From: Acidilobaceae archaeon
GTDB lineage: Archaea; Thermoproteota; Thermoprotei_A; Sulfolobales; Acidilobaceae
Direction: 5' to 3'
Length of the DNA stretch: 64,000 nt
Assembly: GCA_038897215.1 (NCBI GenBank)
Contig: JAWAWX010000001.1
Span: 352,001-416,000 of the forward strand
Positions 47,048 through 57,008 of the stretch are shown here, in pieces (the first letter of the stretch is position 1; each line of letters starts with the position of its first letter). The position numbers and the translations under genes are program-made. The notes beneath the pieces were generated by a model. That model was given only the letters and a program-made list of their open reading frames with translations. It did no database searches and had not been told where the DNA came from.

Positions 47048-50000
47048 TTGGAGGCTCTGATAGCCGCGGTCGTCTTAGCGGGCTCAGCGAGCCTGCTACG
47101 GGAAGCGCTCTCTGCTCTAGTAGCGTCTAGACTGGCTAGTGTCAGGGAGCCGGGAGCCGTCTCTCTCGCTAAGTCCAGGCTAGTGAGGCTTGCCTCGAGC
47201 TCGCTGAGCATCGAGGCCGCGGTAGCCGGGGCTCTAGCCGAGAGAGGGCTCTTCGGAGAGCTGGCTGAAGCGTGCTCCCACACCGAGGGGCTCCACGCTC
47301 TCTGCTCGGTCGCAAGGTCGGGAGCGGCTGTCGTAGCCGTAGACTTCGAGGAGTGGCCGGGCTCCTGCGGTGTCTCTATCCTCTCCCGGGAGAGAGCTCT
47401 CGCCTCCATCGAGCTCTCTCCCTGCTCTCCTGCTATTCTAGCGAGTGAGATGAAGCCGGGAGCCGTCGTAGCCTACGACTGGAGGAGAGCTCCTCGAGAG
47501 CTCGCGAGCCACGCTAGAGCCCGCGGGCTCAGGCTACTCAGCCTTCTCGACCTAGCTCCTCTGGCTCTCCCGGGGGAGCCAAGCTACTCTCTCAGCAGGC
47601 TCGCCTTCATCCTCGGCCTGGACTACGATGAATCCCCCCGGGGGAGGGCTAGAGCTGTTCTCCTCTCGTCTCTGAGGCTAGCTGGGGCTCTCTCAGCTCT
47701 AGGGCTCTGCTGGAGGCTAGCCGGTAGCGAGCCCTGGCTGGAGGGCCTCGCTACTCTCTGCGACTACGCTGAGGCAGAGGCTCCGGCTAGGAGAGCGGGG
47801 CCCGTGGCGCTCTCTGGGGCCGATGTTGTCGTGACGCCGCGCCTCCTCGACTCCTGCTCTCCTCTACACTGGACTCCCCGGAAGCTGGCGAGAGGCTCAA
47901 GCGAGCTCTCTGGAGCTCTAGGAGCTCTATTTAGGGTAGCTGGAGCCCGCGGGGTCTGTAGCGAGAGAGAAGTGCTCGAGTCTATCAGAGCGTCTCCGGC
48001 TATGAGCGAGAGCCTCTCGCTACCGGATACTGTCTGGGAGGAGGGGGGGCTCTCGCTCCCTCTGGTGGCTCACTGCAGAGACGCTCTAGCGCTGGCAGAG
48101 CTCTTGGAGAAGAGGGGAGCCAAGCTCGGGCTCGTCTTCGTCGAGGCTGCTCACGCCTGCGTTGCGCTAGCCGGAGTGGGGGTCGCGGAGCTCCTCTCTG
48201 CTCTCTCGAGAGTCTCTAGGAGGCTGTGGGTTAGCGTCGCTGACGCTAGCGATGTGCCTCACTACGCTGAGCTAGCTGGCTTTAGAGAGGCCCCCGTCTA
48301 CGTGGTGAAAGGAGCGGGAGACCTGAGCTCTCTCGAGACGAGGAGGGTCTTCGAGCTCGCCTACTCGCTAGCAGACTCAGGCTCCTGCGTTCTGGCAACG
48401 ACCCCCGCGTCTAGGCTCTCGAGTCTAGAGCTCGGCCTGAGAGTAGTGGAGAGACTGGAGGACGCTGCGGAGTGCTCTAGAGTCGTTGTGCCCACAGTGA
48501 GCGACCTCAGAGAGCTCGCCTCGAGACACGGAGTGAGCTTAAAGCACGCTCTAGTAGCGTTGCTAGAGCTCACTCAAGACCGGCTCGTCGTGGTCAGCGG
48601 TTGGAGAGAGCTCTCTCAGCACGCGAGTCTCAGAGAGCTCGAAGTCGAGCCAGCGGGGCTCGGGCTGGCTGTTGCGCCAGCGCTCTTCTCGAGCCCCCGG
48701 AAGGCTCTAGCTGAGGTGGAAAGAGCCGCTAGAGAGAAGTGGGGTCTGGAGCTTCGCCCGTACCAGAAGAGGATAGCTTTGTACATGCTGGAGCCCTACG
48801 TGAGAGGCCGCGGCTACGAGAAGCCCACTGTCATAGCCCTTCTGCCTACGGGAGCAGGCAAGTCGCTCGTATTCCAGAGCGTCTCCGTAGCGCTCCATAG
48901 AGCCTCAGGGAGGCCCGCGCTCGTGGTGTCGCCTCTCCTGGCTCTCATAGAGGACCAGATCGAGGGGCTGGAGAGAGCCGGTGTGAGAGTGTGCAGGCTG
49001 GACGGCATGGCTGAGCCCGCTGAGAGACTGGAGTGCTTGAGGAGAGCCGCTGGGGGGGAGGTTGAGATAGTCTACTCGACCCCGGAGCAGGTGGAGAAGA
49101 GTGAGGCTAGGAGGCTAGTCGAGAGCGGCTTCTTCAGCCTCATAGTCTTAGACGAGGCTCACTGCGCTATACGCTGGGGCTACACGTTCAGGCCTGCTTA
49201 CGCTCACGCTCTCTCATTCATCAAGAGAGTGAGAGACGAGAAGCCGTGGCTCCCCGTAGCCGCGTTCACTGCTACCCTCTCGGAGAGCGAGTTGAGGAAG
49301 CTTGCTGAAGAGCTGGGAGTAGGAGAGTTCGAGGTCGTAGAGGGGAGGGAGGCGCTCGAGGAGCCCGTGGCTCTAAGCGGGAGACCCAAGGTCGTCAAGA
49401 GCGCTGTCTTGAGGAGCAACCTGAGGCTGAGAGCTGTCAGAGCCCCTCCTTCGGCTAAGCTGAGAGCTCTAGTCGAGATAGTCTCGGAGCTGAGAGAGTG
49501 GGCTGAGGAGAGCGGAGGAGAGCCCTGGATAGGCCTAGTCTTCGTGCCCTATGTGAGCCCTTCGAGAGAAGAGGAGAGCGCTGAGAGCATAGCGAGACTC
49601 CTCGAGAGAGAGCTGGAAGAGGAAGTCTTAGTGTACCACGGGCAGATGCCGAAGAGAGAGAGGAGTAGAGCCCTTGATGCTCTGAGGTCTGTTGCTCGCG
49701 GGGAGAGGAGCTCTCCGAGGATCGTTGTGGCGACCAAGGCTTTCGGGATGGGGGTAGACATACCTTGCATAAGATGGGTAGTCCACTACATGATGAGCGA
49801 GAGCGTGGAGGACTACTACCAGGAAGTTGGGAGAGCTGGGAGAGACGGGAGAGAAGCAGTCTGCATCCTGATCCACTCGGGTAGAAGCGATTTCAAGAAG
49901 AGGCTCTCGCTGAGCCGGAGGCAACACCCAAGGCTCAAGGTAGTCGAGGCTCTCTGGGCGCTCGCTATGAGAGCAGTCGAGAAGACAGGCTCTAGGAGAG

Positions 50001-50890
50001 TCGCCTTCAGGCTCTCGAGGCTGAGAGAGGAGCTAGAGAGAGCTCTAGGAGCTAGAGTCAGCGAGGAGGAGCTAGAGAAGTCTCTACACGTGCTCTCGCT
50101 AGCCGAGCTGGCTGATTACGAGGTAGCCACGGGGGTCGCTCGAGAGTGCCGAGACGGCTACGTGCTAGCCGATGACTCGAAGAAGAGAGTCTGCCTAACG
50201 GACTCTCCGGGCTCCTCGGGAGAGCTCGACAGATACTGCCTCCTAGAGGTGAGGGCGGAGAGGGGGGAGGAGAGAGCTCTCGCTAGAGTTCTGAGAGAGG
50301 TGAAGCACGAGACCCTGATGAAGCTAGTAGCGTCCTTCAGACTGGCTGAGCTCTTGGCTAGAGAGGGGGAGGAGAGGGGGAGAGAAGCGATCCTATCATA
50401 CTTCAGGATCACTGGAGGCGAGCGCGGAGAGGACGTAGCTGAGGATATGAGGAGAGAGGTCGACAAGCTGGCTCTAGCTCGAGGAGTGCACGTGAAGAGA
50501 GTAGACTCGAGGAGATACGTGGCGGAGACGCTATCGAAGCCCGCGCGCCACACCGTGGCTAAAGCTCTAGCCTACGCTATCGTAGCCTCTCTCCTAGACT
50601 CCAGAACACCGCCTAGTGACGCCGTGGTCTATACTGAGAGAGGGCTCGCTCGCCTAGTCTCGAAGCACGTGAGAGCAGTAGCTAGAGAGCTCGAGAAGAG
50701 AGGCTACATGTACCCGGACAGAGTAGAGGTCAGAGCTCTCAACGCCGGGAAGCTCGCGGAAGAGCCAAGACTCGGCAAGACAGTGATACTAGCTCTAGCT
50801 AGGAAACCCGAGGCTCTCCCAGCTGGAGGAGACTACATAGAGATAACGCTTGCCCTAAAGCACTCCAGAGAAGAGGATAAACTACGCTAG
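47048..50890 (+). CDS. Large RecQ-family helicase with long N- and C-terminal extensions
   Basis: LPTGAGKSLVFQ, VSPLLALIEDQ, TPE, DEAHCAIRWGYTFRP.Y, FTAT, YHG.M, ATKAFGMGVD, YYQEVGRAGRDG. Confidence 0.9.
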   Translation: MEALIAAVVLAGSASLLREALSALVASRLASVREPGAVSLAKSRLVRLASSSLSIEAAVAGALAERGLFGELAEACSHTEGLHALCSVARSGAAVVAVDFEEWPGSCGVSILSRERALASIELSPCSPAILASEMKPGAVVAYDWRRAPRELASHARARGLRLLSLLDLAPLALPGEPSYSLSRLAFILGLDYDESPRGRARAVLLSSLRLAGALSALGLCWRLAGSEPWLEGLATLCDYAEAEAPARRAGPVALSGADVVVTPRLLDSCSPLHWTPRKLARGSSELSGALGALFRVAGARGVCSEREVLESIRASPAMSESLSLPDTVWEEGGLSLPLVAHCRDALALAELLEKRGAKLGLVFVEAAHACVALAGVGVAELLSALSRVSRRLWVSVADASDVPHYAELAGFREAPVYVVKGAGDLSSLETRRVFELAYSLADSGSCVLATTPASRLSSLELGLRVVERLEDAAECSRVVVPTVSDLRELASRHGVSLKHALVALLELTQDRLVVVSGWRELSQHASLRELEVEPAGLGLAVAPALFSSPRKALAEVERAAREKWGLELRPYQKRIALYMLEPYVRGRGYEKPTVIALLPTGAGKSLVFQSVSVALHRASGRPALVVSPLLALIEDQIEGLERAGVRVCRLDGMAEPAERLECLRRAAGGEVEIVYSTPEQVEKSEARRLVESGFFSLIVLDEAHCAIRWGYTFRPAYAHALSFIKRVRDEKPWLPVAAFTATLSESELRKLAEELGVGEFEVVEGREALEEPVALSGRPKVVKSAVLRSNLRLRAVRAPPSAKLRALVEIVSELREWAEESGGEPWIGLVFVPYVSPSREEESAESIARLLERELEEEVLVYHGQMPKRERSRALDALRSVARGERSSPRIVVATKAFGMGVDIPCIRWVVHYMMSESVEDYYQEVGRAGRDGREAVCILIHSGRSDFKKRLSLSRRQHPRLKVVEALWALAMRAVEKTGSRRVAFRLSRLREELERALGARVSEEELEKSLHVLSLAELADYEVATGVARECRDGYVLADDSKKRVCLTDSPGSSGELDRYCLLEVRAERGEERALARVLREVKHETLMKLVASFRLAELLAREGEERGREAILSYFRITGGERGEDVAEDMRREVDKLALARGVHVKRVDSRRYVAETLSKPARHTVAKALAYAIVASLLDSRTPPSDAVVYTERGLARLVSKHVRAVARELEKRGYMYPDRVEVRALNAGKLAEEPRLGKTVILALARKPEALPAGGDYIEITLALKHSREEDKLR

Positions 50891-51012
50891 AACAAGCATG
50901 ACACCAGTAGGCCCGCCTTCTCCTCGAAGTCAGCCATCAACACAGACCCATATTTAATCCTTTTTAGGTTCTCCCGGAGCGAGAGGAGAGTTGATCGAGG
51001 GGGCGTGCCGCT

Positions 51013-52623
51013 ATGGCTGAAACGGGGAGACTCCTCTATATAGCTCTAGCTCTCGTAGCCTTGATCCTGATAGGGATAGCCGGCTACCTGCTCCTAATAG
51101 CCCCCGAGGAGCAGCAGCCCGGAGAGAGACCGCCGCTAGAGGAGCAACCGCTAGTGACGTACAAGGAGATCAATGTCCTCAGGATCTCTCAGAGAGCCGA
51201 CTTATCGACCATTGATGTGCAAGCCGCGACAGACGCTCCTACTCTATCGGTCTTCGGGCACGTCTACGAGACCCTCTTTAGAGTCAAGTTCGACGAGAAC
51301 GGGAGAGCCTCATTCGTCCCCCACCTAGTAGAGTCCTACACTCAGATATCTGACACAGTCTGGGAGTTCAGGTTGAGGCAGGGAGTCAGGTTCCACGACG
51401 GCAAGCCTCTCACAGCATACGACGTGAAAGCAAGCTTCGAGAGAGGCCCTAGAGTCGGCGGCCTACCCAGGATCCTTCTAGGGTTCCTGAGCGAAGTCCA
51501 GGTGGTTGACGACTACACGTTCAGGCTAGTACTCAAATACCCCTTCGGCCCGATGATAGCCCATCTCTCTCACCCATCGACATCAATCATACCAGCGTGG
51601 GTAGCAGAGCAGTTCCCCAACACTCCAATCAACGACATCAGGTTCATAGTGGGAACCGGACCCTACAGATTTGTAGAGTACAAGAAGGGGGAGAGAACAG
51701 TCCTAGAGGCCTTCGAGGGCTACTGGGGAGAGAAGCCTACGGTTAAGAGGATAGAGTGGATCCCGATACCCGACGACTCCACGAGAGTGAGCTTCCTCGA
51801 AGCCGGGAGTGTTGACATAATAACGCACGTCCCACCGCAGTTCGTCAGCATCCTGAAAAACAAGGGCTTCAACATCGTGCAGATGCCGAGCGTTAGAGTG
51901 ATATACATAGGCATAAACGTGGAGAGAATCCCAGACCCTAGAGTCAGGCAGGCTCTAAACCTGGCGGTAGACAAGAACGCGATAGTCACCGGCATACTGG
52001 AGGGTGCTGGGAGCGTTGCGACAGCGCCGATACACCCCTCGGTCTTCGGCTACTCTAGGCAAACCCCGTATCCCTTCGACCCCGATAGAGCTAGAGCTCT
52101 GATAAGAGAGGCGGGCTGGGAGGGGAGAGAGCTAGTCTTCATAACGCCTCAGGGCAGGTACCTGAAGGATAGAGAGATAGCTGAAGCCGTCAAGGCGTAC
52201 CTGGAGAGAGTAGGGCTGAGAGTCAGAGTAGAGGTGATGGAGTGGGCCGCGTACATAACCAGAGTAACGACCCAGAAGGACTTCGACCTCTTCCTCCTAG
52301 GCTGGTCTACCGTGACTCTAGACGCTGACTACGGCCTATACTCGCTCTTCCGCTCTGGAGCAGCGTTCAACAGGATGCAGTACAGGAACCCGACTGTGGA
52401 CGACCTGCTCGAGAAGGCTAGAGCTGAGAGAGACCCGGCTAGGAGAGCTCAGCTGTACGCCGAGGCCCAGAGGCTGATATGGAGCGACGCCCCATGGATA
52501 TTCCTGCACTACGAGGACATAATAGTTGCCTCCAAGCCGGGCCTAGTGGGCTTTGAGATACAGCCTATAGAGAGATGGATCCTCACCTACACCATGGTCG
52601 AAGTCAGGGCTGGAGGAAGCTAG
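51013..52623 (+). CDS. Dpp/Opp ABC substrate-binding protein (family 5)
   Basis: FRLRQGVRFHDG..TA.DV, GTGPY, DPRVRQAL..AVD, FDPDRA. Confidence 0.93.
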   Translation: MAETGRLLYIALALVALILIGIAGYLLLIAPEEQQPGERPPLEEQPLVTYKEINVLRISQRADLSTIDVQAATDAPTLSVFGHVYETLFRVKFDENGRASFVPHLVESYTQISDTVWEFRLRQGVRFHDGKPLTAYDVKASFERGPRVGGLPRILLGFLSEVQVVDDYTFRLVLKYPFGPMIAHLSHPSTSIIPAWVAEQFPNTPINDIRFIVGTGPYRFVEYKKGERTVLEAFEGYWGEKPTVKRIEWIPIPDDSTRVSFLEAGSVDIITHVPPQFVSILKNKGFNIVQMPSVRVIYIGINVERIPDPRVRQALNLAVDKNAIVTGILEGAGSVATAPIHPSVFGYSRQTPYPFDPDRARALIREAGWEGRELVFITPQGRYLKDREIAEAVKAYLERVGLRVRVEVMEWAAYITRVTTQKDFDLFLLGWSTVTLDADYGLYSLFRSGAAFNRMQYRNPTVDDLLEKARAERDPARRAQLYAEAQRLIWSDAPWIFLHYEDIIVASKPGLVGFEIQPIERWILTYTMVEVRAGGS

Positions 52624-52636
52624 GCGGTAGTCCAGC

Positions 52637-53572
52637 ATGTTGAGATACCTCTTCTACAGGGTTCTTCTCTACATCCCCACTCTTCTCTTCATCCTGTTCG
52701 TCGTCTTCACGCTGATGAGAGCTCTGCCAGGAGACCCTATTAGGGTCATGTACGGAGAGTTCGAGCCTCCTCCCGAGGTCAGAGAAGCTCTCGAGAAGAA
52801 GCTCGGTCTCGACAAGCCTCTCATTGTACAGTACGTCTTGTACGTTAAGAGAGTAGTCGAGGGAGACTGGGGGAAGTCTATAAGCACGGGGGAGCCCGTA
52901 CTGCAACTCGTCTTGAGGAGATTCCAGGCTACTCTAGAGCTCACAGCGGCCAGCATCGCTATAGCTTCTCTCGTAGGGCTCTCTCTAGCGCTACTCTGCG
53001 TCTGGAAGCCGGACTCGCTGATAGACAAGGCAGTCAGAGTAGCTAGCGTGGCTAGTTACTCCATGCCGGTCTTCTGGTGGGGGCTCATACTGATCCTGAT
53101 ATTCGCTGTCTACCTTCGCTGGCTCCCCCCGGGTGAGAGAGGGGGGCTCGAGCACCTAGTCCTCCCTACTCTCACTCTTAGCATAGTCAACTTCGGGATG
53201 ATCTCGAGAGTATCTAGAGCAGCGATGCTCGAGATACTAGTCCAGGACTTCGTGGCGAGCGCTAAGGCTAGAGGCTTGAGCGAGTCGAGAGTCCTCCTCT
53301 ACTACGTGATGAGAAACGCGATAGTGCCCATCATGACAGTCGTAGGGCTCAGATTCGGGGTCCTCATGGGCGGAGCCGTGATCACAGAGACTGTCTTCAA
53401 GTACCCCGGGGTAGGCTCCATGATCTACGATGCGATACTAGCGAGAGACTACCCCGTTGTCTTCGGGGGCGTGCTCTTCGTAGCCATAGTCGTGATGACT
53501 GTGAATCTGATCGTAGACATACTCTACTACCTGATGGACCCCAGAGTGAGGCTCGAGAAGACTAGAGAGTGA
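52637..53572 (+). CDS. dppB: Dpp/Opp ABC permease B
   Basis: PGDP, GLDKP...QY, GDWGKS, A.ARGL, ITETVF.YPG.G, DPR. Confidence 0.92.
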   Translation: MLRYLFYRVLLYIPTLLFILFVVFTLMRALPGDPIRVMYGEFEPPPEVREALEKKLGLDKPLIVQYVLYVKRVVEGDWGKSISTGEPVLQLVLRRFQATLELTAASIAIASLVGLSLALLCVWKPDSLIDKAVRVASVASYSMPVFWWGLILILIFAVYLRWLPPGERGGLEHLVLPTLTLSIVNFGMISRVSRAAMLEILVQDFVASAKARGLSESRVLLYYVMRNAIVPIMTVVGLRFGVLMGGAVITETVFKYPGVGSMIYDAILARDYPVVFGGVLFVAIVVMTVNLIVDILYYLMDPRVRLEKTRE

Positions 53573-54489
53573 GAGTCTTGAAGCTCGGAGCTCTAGCCGA
53601 GACCCCCACGCGGCTACTCTCTGCAACCATCTATGCTCTAAGGCTACTAGGAGGAGACCCTATGTCGCTAGCAGCTCTCATAGTAGTGCTAGGCGTCTTC
53701 TCCACAGCTGTCTCAACAACCGTCCTACTCTACACTGGAGTGGTCTCGGAGAGCGTCTACGCTGGGATAGACCTAGGCAATAGGCTCAAGCTCCCGAGTC
53801 TCGAGCACCCTCTGGGCACAGACCACTTGGGTAGAGACATACTAGTGAGGATAGTCTTCGGGACGCGGATAGCTCTCTACGTGATAGCCGCCTCCGTCAC
53901 CATCGCTATAGTGCTCGGAACGCTGGTAGGCCTCGTGGCCGGCTACATGGGAGGCTACGTGGACCTAGTGGTCTCGAGAATAATAGACGCCATCATGAGC
54001 TTCCCCGCAGTACTCCTAGCTCTAGCCATAGTCGCTGTCCTCGGGCCCGGCATAGAGAACGTAGTCCTAGCTATAGGCATAGCTGAAGCCCCGGTTTTCG
54101 CTAGGCTAGCCAGAGGGCTGGTGGCAGTCGAGAAAGAGCACCTCTACGTAGAGGCTGCTAGAGCGACTGGAGCCAGCCACGCTAGAATCATATGGAAGCA
54201 CATACTGCCAAACATAGCCGGCCCCCTTCTAGTCCAGGCTACATTCACCTCCTCCTCAGCAATCCTCTGGGAGGCAGCACTAAGCTTCCTAGGTCTCGGG
54301 GCCCAGCCCCCCACGCCCAGCTGGGGCCTCATGCTGGCCGAAGCGCGGGGCTACATGAGGGTAGCTCCTCACACCATAGTATTCCCCGGTCTCGCGATAT
54401 TCTTGCTGGTCCTCAGCATAAACATCCTAGGAGAGAAGATGAGAGACCTAATGGACCCGAGGTATAGGAGTCTAGCTGGTAGAAGCTGA
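53569..54489 (+). CDS. dppC: Dpp/Opp ABC permease C
   Basis: HPLGTD.LGRD, YVEAARA.GAS, HILPN, LSFLGLG..PPTPSWG. Confidence 0.92.
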   Translation: MRVLKLGALAETPTRLLSATIYALRLLGGDPMSLAALIVVLGVFSTAVSTTVLLYTGVVSESVYAGIDLGNRLKLPSLEHPLGTDHLGRDILVRIVFGTRIALYVIAASVTIAIVLGTLVGLVAGYMGGYVDLVVSRIIDAIMSFPAVLLALAIVAVLGPGIENVVLAIGIAEAPVFARLARGLVAVEKEHLYVEAARATGASHARIIWKHILPNIAGPLLVQATFTSSSAILWEAALSFLGLGAQPPTPSWGLMLAEARGYMRVAPHTIVFPGLAIFLLVLSINILGEKMRDLMDPRYRSLAGRS

Positions 54490-54562
54490 AACCTTCTCTG
54501 AGGCTATAGAGCCGTCTCTTCTTTAAACCCTAGAGAGCTACAGAGAAACCGAGGACGGAGAC

Positions 54563-54628
54563 TTGGCGAAAGGATGCAAGAGAGGGAAGAAGAGCCAGGA
54601 GGCTGGAGAGGGGGAGAAGAAGAAATAA
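54563..54628 (+). CDS. Candidate 21-aa basic micropeptide MAKGCKRGKKSQEAGEGEKKK
   Basis: CTTTAAA TATA at 54521, GAGGACGGAG SD-like motif, TTG...TAA. Confidence 0.45.
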   Translation: MAKGCKRGKKSQEAGEGEKKK

Positions 54629-54675
54629 CGCTACCCCCCTCTCAGCCTCCCTCTACCCCCTCTCCCTCTATCTCG

Positions 54676-55176
54676 TCATAGTAGCATAGCCGCTTTCCAG
54701 ATCTCGTCTCCAACGTAGTGAAGGCTCTCCACTACTCTCCCCCGAGCTCTGCTCTCGAGAGCCCTCTTGAGGTCCTCAGAGGAGACTAGAGCTCTCCCAA
54801 CCATCACTGGAGCTTTGGTCTCCTCGTCTGCAACGACTACTATAGCTCCTTCACTGAACTCCCCCTCTACTCCTCTAACACCGGGAGCCATGAGGTCTGC
54901 TCCTCTAGCTAGAGCTTTCGCTGCTCCTCTATCGACGTAGACTACGGGGACTCTAGCTGGCTCTCTTAGCTTGACGAGGAGGTTTAGTAGAGGGATTAGC
55001 TCTCCCGAGACTCTAGCTAGAACAGGCTTCCCGTCTACCAGGTATATCTCGAAGTCCTGGAATACCGCTATCTCTGCTACCTCGAACTCCTCTCTCCTCC
55101 CCAGGATTCTCTCGAGAGTCTCTGCTAACGCGCGAGCCTCCTTTTTAGAGACCGCATGCCTCCTACTAGGCTTCAA
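54676..55176 (-). CDS. PUA-domain RNA-binding protein (MCT-1/Tma20-like)
   Basis: VDRGA...L.RGADLMAPGV, LHYVGD.IW. Confidence 0.88.
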   Translation of the reverse strand: MKPSRRHAVSKKEARALAETLERILGRREEFEVAEIAVFQDFEIYLVDGKPVLARVSGELIPLLNLLVKLREPARVPVVYVDRGAAKALARGADLMAPGVRGVEGEFSEGAIVVVADEETKAPVMVGRALVSSEDLKRALESRARGRVVESLHYVGDEIWKAAMLL

Positions 55177-55265
55177 GCCTCCTGTTTCACCAACCGAGGA
55201 GCACTCTTAGCCAAGAACGCTTTTAACTCCCTAGACTATAGCGTAGAGCAACAGGTGCCTAGAGA

Positions 55266-55490
55266 GTGAGCGATGCTTTTAGAGAGCTGAGGAGCTACAT
55301 CGGGATGCCTGTACTAGTGAAGATCAAGGGGGGCAAGGGCTTTAGGGGGATACTTAGAAGCTACGACCAGCATCTAAACATAGTCTTGGATAACGCTGAA
55401 GAGATAGAGGGAGAGAATAGGAGGACTCTCGGCAGAGTCTTGATCAGAGGAGACAACGTGGTAGTAGTGAGTCCAGCGAAGCTAGAGTAG
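55266..55490 (+). CDS. Sm-like archaeal protein SmAP1 (Lsm)
   Basis: Sm1 G.L..YDQHLN.VL..AEE; Sm2 IRGDNV; upstream of rpl37e. Confidence 0.95.
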   Translation: MSDAFRELRSYIGMPVLVKIKGGKGFRGILRSYDQHLNIVLDNAEEIEGENRRTLGRVLIRGDNVVVVSPAKLE

Positions 55491-55503
55491 AGGGTGGAGT
55501 AGC

Positions 55504-55692
55504 GTGGCTAAAGGAACCCCCTCTATGGGGAAGCATGGTAGGAGCAAGACGCACATAGTCTGCAGAAGGTGCGGTAGGCACTCATTCAACGTGGCTAAAG
55601 GCTACTGCGCTGCCTGCGGCTTCGGCAGGAGCAGGAGGATGAGGAGGTACAGCTGGCAGAACAAGAAGTGGAACCGTGTTAGAGTCAGGTAG
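55504..55692 (+). CDS. rpl37e: 50S ribosomal protein L37e
   Basis: KGTPSMGK...THI.CRRCG..S......CAACGFG. Confidence 0.97.
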   Translation: MAKGTPSMGKHGRSKTHIVCRRCGRHSFNVAKGYCAACGFGRSRRMRRYSWQNKKWNRVRVR

Positions 55693-55709
55693 AGCTGAGG
55701 CAGAGGGCT

Positions 55710-56840
55710 TTGGAGCAGAGGTTCGCGGCGAACAGGTCTAAGCTCAAAAAGCTCTCGGAGGAGTCCGGGTTCACTGCTCTAGTCTTGGTGGGCGAGCCCA
55801 ACATAGTCTACGCTCTCGGGCTGAGAAGCCCCTCTGGCGCTCTCGTCTTGAGCAACGAGTGCGGTGACTACTTGCTAGCCCCCCTCCTAGACTACACTAG
55901 AGCTCTGAAGTCTGCTCCTAGAGACGTCGAGGTCAAGACATACTTCAGGAGAGGAGAGGAGGGGATAAGAGCCGACGTCCCGAGCAGAGACGTAGCCGGA
56001 GATACTCTCTACTCGGCTCTCTCAGCTGTCCTCAAAGGCTGCGAGAGCAGAGTCGGGCTAGACTCCTCCTGGGCTAGAGCAGACGTAGCTAGAGAACTCG
56101 AATCCAAGCTGGGAGCCGTTGACGCGAGCAACCTAGTCAGGAGAGCTAGAGCTGTGAAGGACCAGTGGGAGGTCGAGCTGATCGAGGAGGCGGCCAGGAT
56201 AGCGGAGGAGGCTCTCAGGAGAGCCGTTGAGGCTCTTAGAGAAGGCGTCTCAGAGGAGGAGGTCGCTGGACTCATAGGGTACGAGGTGAGAAGACGGGGA
56301 GGCTGGAGGACCTCGTTCGACCCAATAGTGGCGTTCTACTCTAACACAGCGTACCCCCACCACGTCTCCTCGGAGACCAGGCTAACGGTGCCGGGCCCCG
56401 TGCTCATCGACCTCGGAGCCGTTGCTGGAGGCTACTCGAGCGACCTCACGAGAAGCTTCTGGCGTGGAAGTAGCGGGGGAAGGGGGGAGTACGGGAAGCT
56501 CGTGGAGACAGTGGTGGAAGCGCAGGAGACAGCGATCGACACTATAGCTCCGGGGGTTGAGGCGTGGGAGCCGGATAACGCTGCTAGGAGAGTCCTGGAG
56601 AAGCACGGGCTAGCCAGATTCTTCATCCACGGGCTAGGCCACGGGGTCGGAGTTGAGATCCACGAGGAGCCCTATCTCAGACCCGGCTCGAAGACCTCGC
56701 TTGAGAAGGGCATGGTTGTCACCGTAGAGCCTGGAGTCTACATGGAGGGAGTGTATGGAGCTAGAGTAGAAGACCTCGTCTTAGTGACTGAGAGAGGGAG
56801 GAGAGTGCTCACGAGGTTCGCTAAGATACTCGAGCTCTAG
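55710..56840 (+). CDS. Xaa-Pro peptidase (M24)
   Basis: PHH, D.G...GY.SD.TR, HGLGHGVG.EIHE.P, TVEPG.Y, R.ED. Confidence 0.93.
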   Translation: MEQRFAANRSKLKKLSEESGFTALVLVGEPNIVYALGLRSPSGALVLSNECGDYLLAPLLDYTRALKSAPRDVEVKTYFRRGEEGIRADVPSRDVAGDTLYSALSAVLKGCESRVGLDSSWARADVARELESKLGAVDASNLVRRARAVKDQWEVELIEEAARIAEEALRRAVEALREGVSEEEVAGLIGYEVRRRGGWRTSFDPIVAFYSNTAYPHHVSSETRLTVPGPVLIDLGAVAGGYSSDLTRSFWRGSSGGRGEYGKLVETVVEAQETAIDTIAPGVEAWEPDNAARRVLEKHGLARFFIHGLGHGVGVEIHEEPYLRPGSKTSLEKGMVVTVEPGVYMEGVYGARVEDLVLVTERGRRVLTRFAKILEL

Positions 56841-56940
56841 ATAGCAACTCGCCTTGATGCAGAGCTCGGTTAGAGCCTGAGCTCTGCGAGCGCTTGCAGA
56901 GACTCCTCTAGCCTTTAAAGGCTCTAGTCTCGATAGGTTG

Positions 56941-56995
56941 AAGTGATGAGGAGACCACGGGTCTGACTAGTGAGGAAACCTGTCTCAACCGAGAC
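56941..56995 (+). ncRNA. Box C/D sRNA
   Basis: C GTGATGA - GGAGACCACGGGT - D' CTGA - CTA - C' GTGAGGA - AACCTGTCTCAA - D CCGA; CTTTAAAG TATA at about 56913. Confidence 0.88.
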
Positions 56996-57008
56996 TTCTA
57001 GTGAGGCG

